A stretch of DNA of 64,000 nt, taken from NCBI GenBank assembly GCA_918797485.1, contig CAKKNE010000005.1, positions 5,022,001 to 5,086,000 of the forward strand. Reading direction: 5' to 3'. The translations under genes were made by a program, and so were the position numbers. Positions 30,044 to 40,016 of this stretch are shown in pieces; position 1 is the stretch's first letter; each line of letters begins with the position of its first letter. The stretch is from Pelagomonas calceolata (Eukaryota). The notes beneath the pieces are model-generated. The model was not told where the DNA came from. It worked only from the letters and a program-made list of their open reading frames with translations, and searched no databases.

Positions 30044-31174
30044 ATGAGTGCACAAGAGAGCAGCACCAAGATAAGACACGCTGAAAAACGCCGCAACAGC
30101 ACTTGCGCACTGGCAGACGCAATAGCACAGGCAGCATTGGACGCCTGGCGGAGCCTCGACGTGCGCACGAGTCGCCAGACCGTCGTCGCGGCGATCGTGC
30201 TGCACCACCAAGAAAAATGCACGTGTTTGTCGCTCGGCGCGGGGACGAAGACGCCGTCGCGCGCCGCCGTCGTCGCGGGCGGCGACGGCGCGCTGCGCGA
30301 CTGCCACGCAGAGGTGCTGGCCGTGCGCGCGTTCCGGCGCTACCTCTACGCCGCGCTTCAAAGCAATGGATGCGCCGCGTTCGAGAAGACCGCGGCCGGC
30401 GTGCGCCTGCGACCCGGCGCCGCGCTCTTCCTCTACTGCTCGTCGGCGCCCTGCGGCAACAGCACGATTAGGAGGTGGGCGAAGACGACGCGCGAGGTCT
30501 TCCGGCCCGAGCTCGGCGCCGGGCCGCCGCCGGAGCGCCACGCGCCGTTCAAGGCGCTGACACCGGCCCAGGTGGCACTGCTGGGCAAGCGGCGGCCCGA
30601 CGACGCCGCAGCGGTGGACAACGTGCCGCCGGGCTGCGCGCCCCTCGACGGCGACGCGCTGCGGCCGCACTGCTGCTCGGACAAGGTGGCGCGCTGGTGC
30701 GCCGTGGGTTTAGAGGGTGCGTTCCTGTCGCGCGTCGTCGAGGGCGCGGCGCTCGCGGGGATCGTGGTCGGCCGAAAATACTGCTTCGAGCACGCGCGGC
30801 GGGCGTTTTGCTGTCGCGTGCCGCATTTACAGAGGCACCCGGCGCTCATGGGGACGGGGCTCCTGCTGGACGAGGGCGTCTACGTCGACAACGACGGGGC
30901 CGACTTCCGCGACCGACGCTGCTACGCGTGGTGCCGCGGCGACGCGCACGCGGAGGAGCTCGACGGGAGCGCGGGGGCCACGACAAGCGGCGCGCCGTCG
31001 ACGCTCTGCCGCGCCGCCTTCTTGGAGCGCTACCGGGCGCTCGTGCGCGACGCGCCGGCGTCGTACGGTGACGCGAAGCGGGCCGCCGCGTCGGAGGCGT
31101 TCGCGGCGGCGGATCGGGCGCTGCGCTTTTCTGCGGGGGCGCCGTTTTCGGCTTGGTTGGCTAGTAATGTGTGA
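30044..31174 (+). CDS. Adenosine deaminase/editase domain protein (ADAT1/ADAR-type, no dsRBD)
   Basis: LGAGTK, DCHAEVLA, SAPCG and CSDKVARW motifs. Confidence 0.88.
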   Translation: MSAQESSTKIRHAEKRRNSTCALADAIAQAALDAWRSLDVRTSRQTVVAAIVLHHQEKCTCLSLGAGTKTPSRAAVVAGGDGALRDCHAEVLAVRAFRRYLYAALQSNGCAAFEKTAAGVRLRPGAALFLYCSSAPCGNSTIRRWAKTTREVFRPELGAGPPPERHAPFKALTPAQVALLGKRRPDDAAAVDNVPPGCAPLDGDALRPHCCSDKVARWCAVGLEGAFLSRVVEGAALAGIVVGRKYCFEHARRAFCCRVPHLQRHPALMGTGLLLDEGVYVDNDGADFRDRRCYAWCRGDAHAEELDGSAGATTSGAPSTLCRAAFLERYRALVRDAPASYGDAKRAAASEAFAAADRALRFSAGAPFSAWLASNV

Positions 31175-31182
31175 TTTGTGTC

Positions 31183-31854
31183 TTACTGTGACTCGTCCAC
31201 GCCGGCGACGACGTCGAAGTCGAGCGCGGAGGCCTCGACGAGGACGGAGCCGTCCAAGTCCGGATCTTTGTGATCCATCGCGTTCGGGTGGAGCGCCTTC
31301 GCGAGCATCTTTGTGGCCCAGACCTTGACATCTGGCGGATTTTCCCCAAAGCTCAGCTCGCCGACGCGACGGAGGCGCGACCCGCTCCGTGTCTCCACCA
31401 CGCCGTCGGCCGAGATGATCAGGGTTATCTCCTCGTCGTCGCTGACGATGTCTATCGACCCGATCGTCAGCTTGAGTCCAAGCTCCCTGGCCACCTCGCC
31501 TCGGCGCGAGACTGCTGGGCCCCTCAGCGAGAACTGTCGCGCCTCGCCTCGCACGAAAATGTCGCTCTCTGCGAGTAGCAATGGGGTATCGTGCCTCATT
31601 TCCCCGTCGAATTGTCGCGCAACCAATAGCACGCGCGACGACTGCCGGCCGTTAGTTTTATTCGTCGAACGCGCGGCGTAGAAGCCACTGTGCGTGCTCC
31701 GCAGCAGCAAGCCGCGTCGAATCGGCGCCTGGACTGGATCCTCGTCGACGTCGAAGACGTGGGGCTCTGGCAGCTTTGGCTTTACGTCTGCCGGCGGCTC
31801 TTCGGTCAAATCTACGCAGGAATCGGAGTCACTGTCGTCGTGGGGCCGCTTCAT
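31183..31854 (-). CDS. Hypothetical protein
   Basis: 223-aa ATG-initiated ORF filling the gap between neighbours. Confidence 0.55.
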   Translation of the reverse strand: MKRPHDDSDSDSCVDLTEEPPADVKPKLPEPHVFDVDEDPVQAPIRRGLLLRSTHSGFYAARSTNKTNGRQSSRVLLVARQFDGEMRHDTPLLLAESDIFVRGEARQFSLRGPAVSRRGEVARELGLKLTIGSIDIVSDDEEITLIISADGVVETRSGSRLRRVGELSFGENPPDVKVWATKMLAKALHPNAMDHKDPDLDGSVLVEASALDFDVVAGVDESQ

Positions 31855-31981
31855 ACTGCTGCCAGATGGGCTGCCACACTATCTGTGAGGAGCCTTAGTG
31901 GCGTCCAGTCCAGTTTTGCGTGCGAGAGCGCGCTCTCCTCCGGGTCGGGAACAAGTCAAGGCAAGGCGCAACTCGGGGCCA

Positions 31982-32120
31982 GCTAGCGTCAGATAAAGAC
32001 ACTAGGAATGCGCAGGTGATTTGTCAGTTCGGCAATGAGCCAATTTGAGGGGGTACCGCCCCGGGTTGCGACTTTTAGTCGTCGCCATAGACCGGGCTAG
32101 CGGTGTAAGACACTAGCAAG
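31982..32120 (-). repeat. Second composite element (motif - TTGAGGGGGTACCGC - motif), inverted relative to 41-157
   Basis: Motifs at 31982-32005 (degenerate) and 32096-32120, with core ttgagggggtaccgccccgggttgcgacttttag. Confidence 0.75.
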
Positions 32121-32180
32121 CGAGGCGTGAGAGCTCTCGCCGCTGTATGCGCTGCAAGAGCTGCTATAAATTCATCTAGT

Positions 32181-32245
32181 CATCGTCTTAACACCAGCAT
32201 TGCAAAGGCACAGCATCGTCTAACACCAGCATTGCAAAGGCACAG
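32181..32245 (+). repeat. Tandem ~33-bp duplication directly before ATG 32247
   Basis: catcgtct(t)aacaccagcattgcaaaggcacag x2; TATAAA at 32165. Confidence 0.85.
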
Positions 32246-32246
32246 C

Positions 32247-33654
32247 ATGGCTGCTGCGCCAGCAGCACCGCTACCTCCCAGCATGGCTGCACCACAACCC
32301 GCAGCCGTCTCCGTAGTGCTGCCGGTCTATAACGCAATGCCCTACCTCACGGTAGCCATACGAGACATTTTACGTCAGGAAGTCGAGGGTGGCCTCGAGT
32401 TGATCTGTGCGTGGGACGGCGGCGACGTGGATGCGTGGGAGTTTCTGGTCGAGGTCGCGCAGCGGTGCGGCCGCGTCGAGGTCGTCGACGCGCCGGCGCC
32501 GCCGACGTCCTCAAAACCGAGCGCAACAAGTGACGTCCCGGCCTGGGCGCCGTCCCAGAACCCGGCCCGCAGCGCGGCACCGCGCCACGACGAAGACGCG
32601 GACCACCCGGCTGTTGAAAAGTCGCCGTGCGAACCGCTGAGTGCGGACGCCGTCGCCGCGGCGCGTCAAGCGAATAACACGCTGCGCGCCGTGAAATACC
32701 GGGACGGTCTCAACAGAGGCCAGGGCGCGGCCATGTCGCTCGCGCTGGCGCGGTCGACGGCGCCGCTGATCGCTCAGATGGAGGCCGACGATAGAAGACC
32801 CAACCCAAGGGCCTTCGCCCTCATGGTCGACGCGCTGCGAGCCAACGGGTGGGACGGCTGCTGCTCCGACGCGCGGCCGTTCGGGGCGACGGGCCGGATG
32901 AGAGCCTACTGCGACTGGCAGAATAGTTTGACGCGGCCGGCGGAGCTCGCGTCCAATCGGTTCGTGGAGATCCCCGCGCTCCACCAGACGGGCGTGTTCA
33001 CGCGGGCGGCCGTCGACGCCGTGCTGAACGCGACGGGGGGCTGCTACCGCGACGGCCCGGCGCCGCCCTTTGCGCAGGACGGCGCCGTCGGATCTACGTT
33101 GGACGTGCCCGTGGACCTCTGGTGGTGGCTCGAGTTCTTCGCCCGGGGCCTCACGTGCGGCCGCGTGCGGTCGCCGCCTGTGTGGAAATCAGCCAGTGCG
33201 GTCGCGTCGATGGCGTGGGGCTACTGAAATCTGATTTCCACACAGGTCGCCGCCCGCCACCGACGAAGAGCTACCAGAGACGGCACTCTTCGGCTGGCGC
33301 CAGCACCCGCGCCAGAAGACGCGCGTCCACGGGCGCCTCTCGCTGGAAAACCTGCGGGCCATCAAGCTCGACGCGTTCCTGCGGTCTTACGCGCCACGGC
33401 GCGTCATCGTCGTCTCCGTCGGCCGGACCCTCGAGGCCTGGGCCGCGGGGTTGCGGGCCCACGCGCGCGCGCCCGAGGCCGTCGAGGCCGTCGAGTGGCG
33501 GCCGTCGAAGCGCCAGCACGCCGAGGACTGCCCGCCCCAAATTCTCTCGAAGGACTGCGTGCGGGCCTTCGCCTACGGCGACGCGAGGGCTAGGCAGCGC
33601 GTCCGCCTCCGCGTGCCCGACTGGGACGACGCGAGGGATACGTTCGTCGCTTAA
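32247..33654 (+). CDS. Glycosyltransferase family 2 protein (B3GNTL1/QTGAL-like); intron 33170-33245; 443 aa
   Basis: VSVVLPVYNAMPYL, IAQMEADD and VPVDLWWW; splicing continues into LFGWRQHP...DTFVA*. Confidence 0.82.
33178..33245 (+). mobile_element. Introner-type TIR element, short 68-bp copy with perfect TSD GTCGCCGC
   Basis: TIR CTGTGTGGAAATCAG...CTGATTTCCACACAG; TSD at 33170-33177 and 33246-33253. Confidence 0.93.
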
Positions 33655-33661
33655 ATTGTAT

Positions 33662-33943
33662 TTATGTGGTCCGCAGCGGCGGCGACACGAGGATGAGCGC
33701 GTCGCCGCGGACAAAAAGCATCTCGATCTGCCGCTTCGACGTGCGGATGATCTCCTCCTCCGTCTCCTGGTCGACCTCCTGCGTCGTCACCGTCTCCTCG
33801 ACGTCGCCGAGCACCATGTTCAGGTGGTTATCGTACGCGTGGAGCTTGCCCCGCAGTTCCCTATCTCCCTGGCATTTCACGTAGATGCGCTCGTCGATGG
33901 AAAGCCGGATGAGGTCCAACGGTTCTCGGCACTCGCTGGACAT
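33662..33943 (-). CDS. LSM3: Sm-like protein LSm3
   Basis: [44 protein letters not shown]...MLFVRGD. Confidence 0.96.
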   Translation of the reverse strand: MSSECREPLDLIRLSIDERIYVKCQGDRELRGKLHAYDNHLNMVLGDVEETVTTQEVDQETEEEIIRTSKRQIEMLFVRGDALILVSPPLRTT

Positions 33944-34429
33944 TTCTGCGCAGCGATTTATTGCTTTGGGTGCTTACTGCTGTTTGAGATCGTGGCGCCT
34001 CTGCGTGCAGCGAGAGCTGACTGGTGGGTGCACTGCGGGGCTGGTAGGCGTGTCAGAACGAGTGATGCGCAGCTATGGCGCTGTTAAACTGCAAAAAACA
34101 GCACAGGCGCGGGCAGGGGAAACCCGTTTTTTTCGCTTTTTGCGCTGCGCACAGATTCTTAGGAAACGGCGCCCCTGATCTTTCTTCCGGACGGAAATGA
34201 AGAGGATTAGTACTGGAAACTACGTCTAATCCGGGCAATGTTCGTGAGAGCATGAGTGCGTTGAGCCAAGCTCTGCGGCGTCCGCACGCCCTCTAAAAAG
34301 ACGTCAGCGTTTAAGGACCGCACGAAACGACCATCTGGCGCCTAAGGGCAGCATCGTGCGAAGAAACCGCGAGCTCGACGCCTACAGGACACCAAAAACA
34401 GCACCAAAGAGAGCCCAGCTGACAACAAT

Positions 34430-35557
34430 ATGGCCGCGGCCGAGGTCGACGTCCTCCAGCTCGCGGACCGGCCCTGGGCCGAGATCTCGGCCATCCGGCT
34501 GACCGCGACGCCCGCGCCGCTCCCGCCGCCGCCTCTACCGGAGGACGACTCGGTCCAGTGCGACTTCCGGACTTTGCTCTTCGTGCATGACGGCCCCGTG
34601 CCGCCCTTCGCCGACTGTGATATAAGGGGGCGGCCGGCGCACCGCGTCTTCACGCAAGGCGTGCGGCGGCCCGGCGCGCTGCCCGCGGCCTACGGCCGGC
34701 GCGGCGCCGCGAGTAGAGCCGGCGCGCGCGAAAAGGTCCTGGACGCCCTGCATACGACGCTTTTTACGGACACGACCGTGCGGTACGGCGCCGCGAAAAT
34801 CAAGGCGCACCGCTGCATTCTCCACGCGCAGTCGCCCTTTTGTCGGGCGGCGCTGCAGTTCGCTCCACAAAACGGCGTCGACCTGCCCTTCTGCGGGGCC
34901 GCGCTGGAGAATCACCTTAGGAGGCTGGTGGCATATCTCTACACGCGCGACGGCCGCGAGCTTGAGGAACTCCTCGACGCGTGCTACCTCGACGACGACG
35001 AGAGTGGTGATGAGCCCGCCGCCGTGACAGTTGCGCGCGTCGCGGACGCGCTGCTGCTGGACGACCTGCGGAAGGCGGCTCTAGATAGGCTCGTCCGCTG
35101 CGTCGACCTCGCCAGTGCTGCCTCTCTATTAGGTGTCGCGCGGGACCTGACCGACGACCGCCTGCGACGGGCCTGCCTCGAGGAGATCGTCCGGCGGGGC
35201 CCGGACGCGTGCCGCCGCGCCGCGGGGGCCGACGTCTTCGACGCCTCGCTGCCGCCGGCCACGCACGCGGGCCTGCGGCGCCTGGCGGCCCTCGCGGCGT
35301 CGAACCCGGTCTGCTGCGGCGCGGCGCTGCCCGACGCGCGGGAGGCGCTCGCGATGCTCCGCGAGGCCCTCGACGACCAGGCCGAGCGCCTCGCCGACGC
35401 GGACGAGCGCCAGCGCCTCGAGGCCGACGCGCCGTCGGCGGCGCACGTCCTCGCGAACATCGAGCGGCAGCGGGCCCACGTGGCCTTCCTCCGGGACTTC
35501 ATCGTGAAGCAGGAGTCGGAGTTCGTGGCGGGCGACCGGTGGACGCTCGGCGTCTAG
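34430..35557 (+). CDS. BTB/POZ domain protein
   Basis: FTDTTVRYGAAKIKAHRCILHAQSPF...LVAYLYT. Confidence 0.82.
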   Translation: MAAAEVDVLQLADRPWAEISAIRLTATPAPLPPPPLPEDDSVQCDFRTLLFVHDGPVPPFADCDIRGRPAHRVFTQGVRRPGALPAAYGRRGAASRAGAREKVLDALHTTLFTDTTVRYGAAKIKAHRCILHAQSPFCRAALQFAPQNGVDLPFCGAALENHLRRLVAYLYTRDGRELEELLDACYLDDDESGDEPAAVTVARVADALLLDDLRKAALDRLVRCVDLASAASLLGVARDLTDDRLRRACLEEIVRRGPDACRRAAGADVFDASLPPATHAGLRRLAALAASNPVCCGAALPDAREALAMLREALDDQAERLADADERQRLEADAPSAAHVLANIERQRAHVAFLRDFIVKQESEFVAGDRWTLGV

Positions 35558-35626
35558 GTTCTCTCCCATTTTCTCTAAGACAAAGTACACGAAGCATAAT
35601 TAGAGGGGGAAAGGAAGACGCGAGCA

Positions 35627-37900
35627 CTACTTGCGCTTCTTCGCCGCCGGCTTGGAAGAGGAGGACTCCGCCGACCGCTTCTTCTCGAGCGCTCGAGCCG
35701 CGGCCTCGTGCGCCTGCTTGAGCGACACGAAGCCCTCGTCGCCGTCCGCGAAGCGAACTTCGTAGCCGAACTGCTCGACGGACCGGACGACGCCGTCATG
35801 GTAGCCGTCCATGCACGAGACGCCGACGAGGCGCGCGCCGACCGCGAGCCGCCCGACGTGGCGCCGCGGCTGGCGACCCTCGTCCAGGTTCATCGGGACG
35901 AGCTCGGAGGGCTTCACCGACTTGGTCATGCCCTCGTGCCAGTTCACGAAGGTCACGTCGACCTTGCGCCGGCCGACCGACACGACCTTGACGATGACCT
36001 TGTCGTCGGCTTTCAACGTGCAGAGGTCGCCGCGGTGGAGCAGGCCCAGAATGCGCGGGCCGTCGGGATCGACGTCGTCGTCGTCGTCGCTCGAGTCGTC
36101 CTGGCCCCAGAGGAAGACCTCCACTAAATCAGCAGCCTTCCAGCCGTGCTCCTTGGCCGCCTCGACCGCCTTGTCGGGCGAAGGCGTCAGCCGCGGCGAG
36201 TCGGACAGCGCGGCCGCGACCGTCTCCTGGATGCTGAACCGCAGCTTCCGCTGGAAGCGGCGCACCATGAGCTTCGCGAGGCTCCGCTGCTTCGACTCCG
36301 ACGACAAAGTCTCGAGCTCGGCGCGCCGCGCGGACTCCAATCGAATCGTGCCGCTGCTGCCCGCCAGCGCGAGCGCGCCCTCGAGGTACTTCGTGAGTTG
36401 CACGGTGGACCGCACGAAGTCCTGGTGCTGCGAGTAGTTCTTGCCCACCAGGTCGTAATAACAGGGGTAGGTGATGGGGACGCTGACGTCGTAGTACCAC
36501 TTGCCAGGATACGTCGGGCCGCACTTGAACCCGTAGCGCGTCAACGGCCCGCGGAGCTCCATGAGCGACTTGTCCTGGATCGCCGCGAGCAGCTCGCGGA
36601 AGTCGCCCTGCCACGAGGGCGCCGCCGGCGCGGCGGGCTGCGCGGCCGGCTGCGCGGCCGGCTGGCGCGCCCGCGGCGACCGCGAGCGGCGCGGCGCCGG
36701 AGCGGCGGCCGGCTGGCGCGCGCGCGGCGACCGCGAGCGGCGCGGCGCCGGAGCGGCGGGCGACTGGCGCGCGCGCGGCGACCGCGACCGGCGCGGCGCC
36801 GGCGCGGCGGGCTGGCGCGGCCGGGGCGACCGCGACCGGCGCGGCGACCGGCGCGGCGCGTCCTCGTCCTCGTCGTCGGAGGCCGGCGGCGACGGCGGCG
36901 GCGCGGCGTCGTCGTCGTCCGAAGCTTGCGGCGGCGGGGCGTCCGGCAGCTCCTCCTCGTCCGCGGGCGCGGGCGCGGGCGCGGCGACGGGCGTCGCCGG
37001 CGCGGCGGGCGACGGCGCGGCGGCGACGGGCGTCACGGGCGCGGCGTTGTTGGCCGGCGTCGCGGGCGCGGCGTTGGCGGCCGCGGCGCGGGCGGCCTTC
37101 TCCTTGACGAAGGCCTTGCGGAAGCGGCTCCACGAGAGCGGCTTGAGCGTGCTGGCGCTGCACTCGCGCTCGAGGTCCTCGACCGACGTGGCGAAGAGCT
37201 CGGGCACGTCGTTGGCGATGGCGAGGACGCGCTCGCGGACGGGACCCTGGCACTGGACCTCGTCGAGCCACGCCGTCAGTAGCGCCGAGGGCCGCGGGCC
37301 CGCCGCTGGTGGCGGCGGCAGGAGGGCCGGCAGGGCACCCGCCGGCGGCGGCGGCAGCAGCGCGGGCAGGGCGCGCGGCGGCGCCGCGAGGGGCGGTGGC
37401 GGCGGCAGGAGCGCGAGGTGGCGCGGCGCCGCGTTCGCGCGCTTGGCGATGACCGCCGACTCGATGTTGTTCAGGTGGCCGCGCTTGGCGCCGGCGTTCT
37501 CGAGCGCGGCGCGCAGGTCCCGCGCGAGGTCGTCGCGGAGGTTCTGCACGTCCTCCTCGTCGTCGACGCCGAGGTCCTCGAAGATCGAGGCGTACTTCTC
37601 CCCGTAGCCCGGCTTGACCTCGTCGAGCCACGTGGAGATGTCTTTCGGCGCGGCCCGAGGCAGAGGCGGCGGCGGCGGAGCTAGATGTTGCGCCGGCGCC
37701 GCGGCGAGCATGGCTTGTTGGTCCGGCGCCGCGCCGAGCATGCCTTGTTGCGCCGGCGCCGCCATGAGCATGGGGTAGGCCCGCGGCGCCATGGGAGGAT
37801 AGGCGCCGTAGGCGGCGTAGGGCCCGAGCGCGGGCTGAAATCCCGCGGCGCCGGGCCACTGCGCGCCCTGTTGCTGCGGCGCGCCCCAGTTCTGCTCCAT
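35627..37900 (-). CDS. Protein with SAM-like domains, RSRSPR repeats and C-terminal Tudor/KOW-like domains
   Basis: WLDEVKPGYGEKYASIFEDLGVD; RRSRSPRARQ repeats; DGYHDGVV...YEVRFADGDEG. Confidence 0.7.
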   Translation of the reverse strand: MEQNWGAPQQQGAQWPGAAGFQPALGPYAAYGAYPPMAPRAYPMLMAAPAQQGMLGAAPDQQAMLAAAPAQHLAPPPPPLPRAAPKDISTWLDEVKPGYGEKYASIFEDLGVDDEEDVQNLRDDLARDLRAALENAGAKRGHLNNIESAVIAKRANAAPRHLALLPPPPPLAAPPRALPALLPPPPAGALPALLPPPPAAGPRPSALLTAWLDEVQCQGPVRERVLAIANDVPELFATSVEDLERECSASTLKPLSWSRFRKAFVKEKAARAAAANAAPATPANNAAPVTPVAAAPSPAAPATPVAAPAPAPADEEELPDAPPPQASDDDDAAPPPSPPASDDEDEDAPRRSPRRSRSPRPRQPAAPAPRRSRSPRARQSPAAPAPRRSRSPRARQPAAAPAPRRSRSPRARQPAAQPAAQPAAPAAPSWQGDFRELLAAIQDKSLMELRGPLTRYGFKCGPTYPGKWYYDVSVPITYPCYYDLVGKNYSQHQDFVRSTVQLTKYLEGALALAGSSGTIRLESARRAELETLSSESKQRSLAKLMVRRFQRKLRFSIQETVAAALSDSPRLTPSPDKAVEAAKEHGWKAADLVEVFLWGQDDSSDDDDDVDPDGPRILGLLHRGDLCTLKADDKVIVKVVSVGRRKVDVTFVNWHEGMTKSVKPSELVPMNLDEGRQPRRHVGRLAVGARLVGVSCMDGYHDGVVRSVEQFGYEVRFADGDEGFVSLKQAHEAAARALEKKRSAESSSSKPAAKKRK

Positions 37901-38063
37901 TTAAGTTTAAGGCTTTGGGGAGAGCGCTTTTTTGTAGAGCGCTTCTGCGAGGCTGTAGTGCAAGAATGGGCTTGATAGGGCTGCGCCCAGCGAAAACAGC
38001 TTCGTATCGCTGCTGTGAAGCACTGTGAAGCACGATTAGCGCGCGCGCGGGCGTCGAGCTAGG

Positions 38064-38090
38064 CTTGCTAGTGTCTTACGGGACGCTAGC
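38064..38090 (+). promoter_or_regulatory. Copy of the recurrent intergenic motif in a divergent promoter
   Basis: cttgctagtgtcttacgggacgctagc. Confidence 0.6.
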
Positions 38091-38270
38091 GCGGTTACGA
38101 GGGGCACACACGTAGTAGCGCGACGAAGGCCTGCTTGCAGGTGCTGAGTGCTTGAAATTAGTCCTCGTACAACTGCGAAACGCGAACCGCTGCGGCAACC
38201 ACTGGTGACGTGCAAAAGTCCACTGCTTGCCTCAGAGAGGACTTCACCACCACCACACGCAGCACCAGGA

Positions 38271-40016
38271 ATGCGAGCCATAATGTTACTACTACTGGGA
38301 AGGCGCGCAGTCCGCTGCGGCGCCTACGCCCTGCGACGGCGATCAACAAAAGCGCCTCGCATCCGCGCGACGGCCGCCGACGAGGTCGACCTGCCCTACC
38401 GCGGCGTATTGGCAGACCTGCGCTTGCCGGACAGTTTGAAGGATGAAGACGCCTTCGACGCGTGGGCCGAGGAACGCGAGCGGCGGTGGACGCGGGACGG
38501 CGCACTCAGCGGCTGGCTGACGCTGCCGCCCGAGAAGGCAGCTCTAGCGACGCACGCCTGGCGCCGCGGCTTCAAGCTGCACCATTGTGCCGGCGACGAC
38601 TTGGTCCTGTACAAGTGGCTCGCCGAGGGCGAGGACAAAGTGCCGCCGTGGGGAAACACGCAGATCGGCTGCGCCGGCTTCGTCGTGAACGACAAAGGTG
38701 AGTTATTAGTTGTAAGAGAATGGCAGCCGCCGAAGGAGGGCCAGACGACGCGGGAACCGTCCCAGAACTGGAAGCTGCCGGGAGGGCTGGCCGACGCGGG
38801 CGAGTCGTTCTTCGAGTGTGCCGCTAGGGAGACCTTCGAGGAGACCGGTATTCAATGTAGAGGTGTCTCTTTACTAGGCATGTGGCACCGGCACGACTTG
38901 GTACCTTGGGGCAAGTCCGACCTGTACTGCGTCGTTAGGTTGGAGCCGGTCGATCCGGCGCAACAAATAAAGGCGGACCCCGCGGAGATCTCAGCCTGCC
39001 GCTGGTACGACCGCGACGCTTTTTTGAGAGACGAGGGGCACCCTCTCATTTCAAAAGTGCTGCGCGAGTGCTACGGCGCTTCTGACAGTATCGGCGCATC
39101 ATCAAAGCCTTTGTCGGAATGCGTGGACCTGGGCGTGCAGTGGCCCGGGCGGCCGCGCTACGCCACCTACTTCCCGCGGGCGGCGCCGCCCCGGATGCCG
39201 TCTGTGGTTCGGGCGATCGCGTCCGACGTGGATGGCACGCTCCTGGACTCATCATCAAAATGCCACCCCGCCGCCGCGGCGGCGGTCGCGGACGCCTGCG
39301 CCCACGACCACGTGCGCTTCTTCATCGCTACCGGAAAATGTCGCGCGGGCGCGCTCGCGGCGCTGCCGCGCGAGGTGTCTGATTCTCTAGAAGGCGGCGT
39401 GTTCGTGAATGGACTGGTTGCCTACGACGCCCACGGCGAGATCGTGCACGAGCGCCGGTTAAATGGAGCCGTCATTGAGCAATGCGCGTCCTTCGGCGCC
39501 GAGCACGGCTTCGCGCCGGTGGCCTACGACCGCGACCGGCTCTACACTTCCATGATTACGCCGCGGACGGAGGAGCTGGCCGACCGGTACTACGAGCCGC
39601 GGCCCGTCGTCGGTTCACTTGATAGGGACGCGCGCGCGAACAAGATTTTGTTGCTGGGCGACGCCGACGCGCTGGCGGCGGCGCGGCCGGCCCTCGCGGA
39701 GCTGCTCGGCACCGAAGCCAGTCTGACGGTGGCGATCCCGACGATGCTGGAAGTGCTGCCCCCGGGCGCGTCGAAGCGCGAGGGCGTCCGCGCGTTCTGC
39801 GACCACCACGGCATCGACGAGAGCTCGGAGCTCGCGGCCGTCGGCGACGGCGAGAACGACGCCGAGATGCTGCGGGCGGCGGCGCTCGGCGTGGCCGTCG
39901 CGAACGCGGGCGCCGCGGCGATGGGCGCCGCGGATATTGTGGTCGCGTCGAACGACGCGGGCGGGGCGGCGCAGGCCATACGGATGGCGCTGGCGCTCGC
40001 ACCACCGGTGAGGTAA
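38271..40016 (+). CDS. NUDT6-like Nudix hydrolase fused to a Cof-type HAD phosphatase, with N-terminal presequence
   Basis: Nudix box WKLPGGLADAGESFFECAARETFEETGI; HAD motifs ASDVDGTLL, IATGK and VGDGENDAEML. Confidence 0.88.
   Translation: MRAIMLLLLGRRAVRCGAYALRRRSTKAPRIRATAADEVDLPYRGVLADLRLPDSLKDEDAFDAWAEERERRWTRDGALSGWLTLPPEKAALATHAWRRGFKLHHCAGDDLVLYKWLAEGEDKVPPWGNTQIGCAGFVVNDKGELLVVREWQPPKEGQTTREPSQNWKLPGGLADAGESFFECAARETFEETGIQCRGVSLLGMWHRHDLVPWGKSDLYCVVRLEPVDPAQQIKADPAEISACRWYDRDAFLRDEGHPLISKVLRECYGASDSIGASSKPLSECVDLGVQWPGRPRYATYFPRAAPPRMPSVVRAIASDVDGTLLDSSSKCHPAAAAAVADACAHDHVRFFIATGKCRAGALAALPREVSDSLEGGVFVNGLVAYDAHGEIVHERRLNGAVIEQCASFGAEHGFAPVAYDRDRLYTSMITPRTEELADRYYEPRPVVGSLDRDARANKILLLGDADALAAARPALAELLGTEASLTVAIPTMLEVLPPGASKREGVRAFCDHHGIDESSELAAVGDGENDAEMLRAAALGVAVANAGAAAMGAADIVVASNDAGGAAQAIRMALALAPPVR

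Noticed and set aside
30044..33943. ADAT1-like, QTGAL-like GT2 and LSm3 as an RNA-modification gene cluster
   Set aside because: Mixed orientations, an unrelated gene in between and uncertain GT2 specificity; chance proximity is likely.
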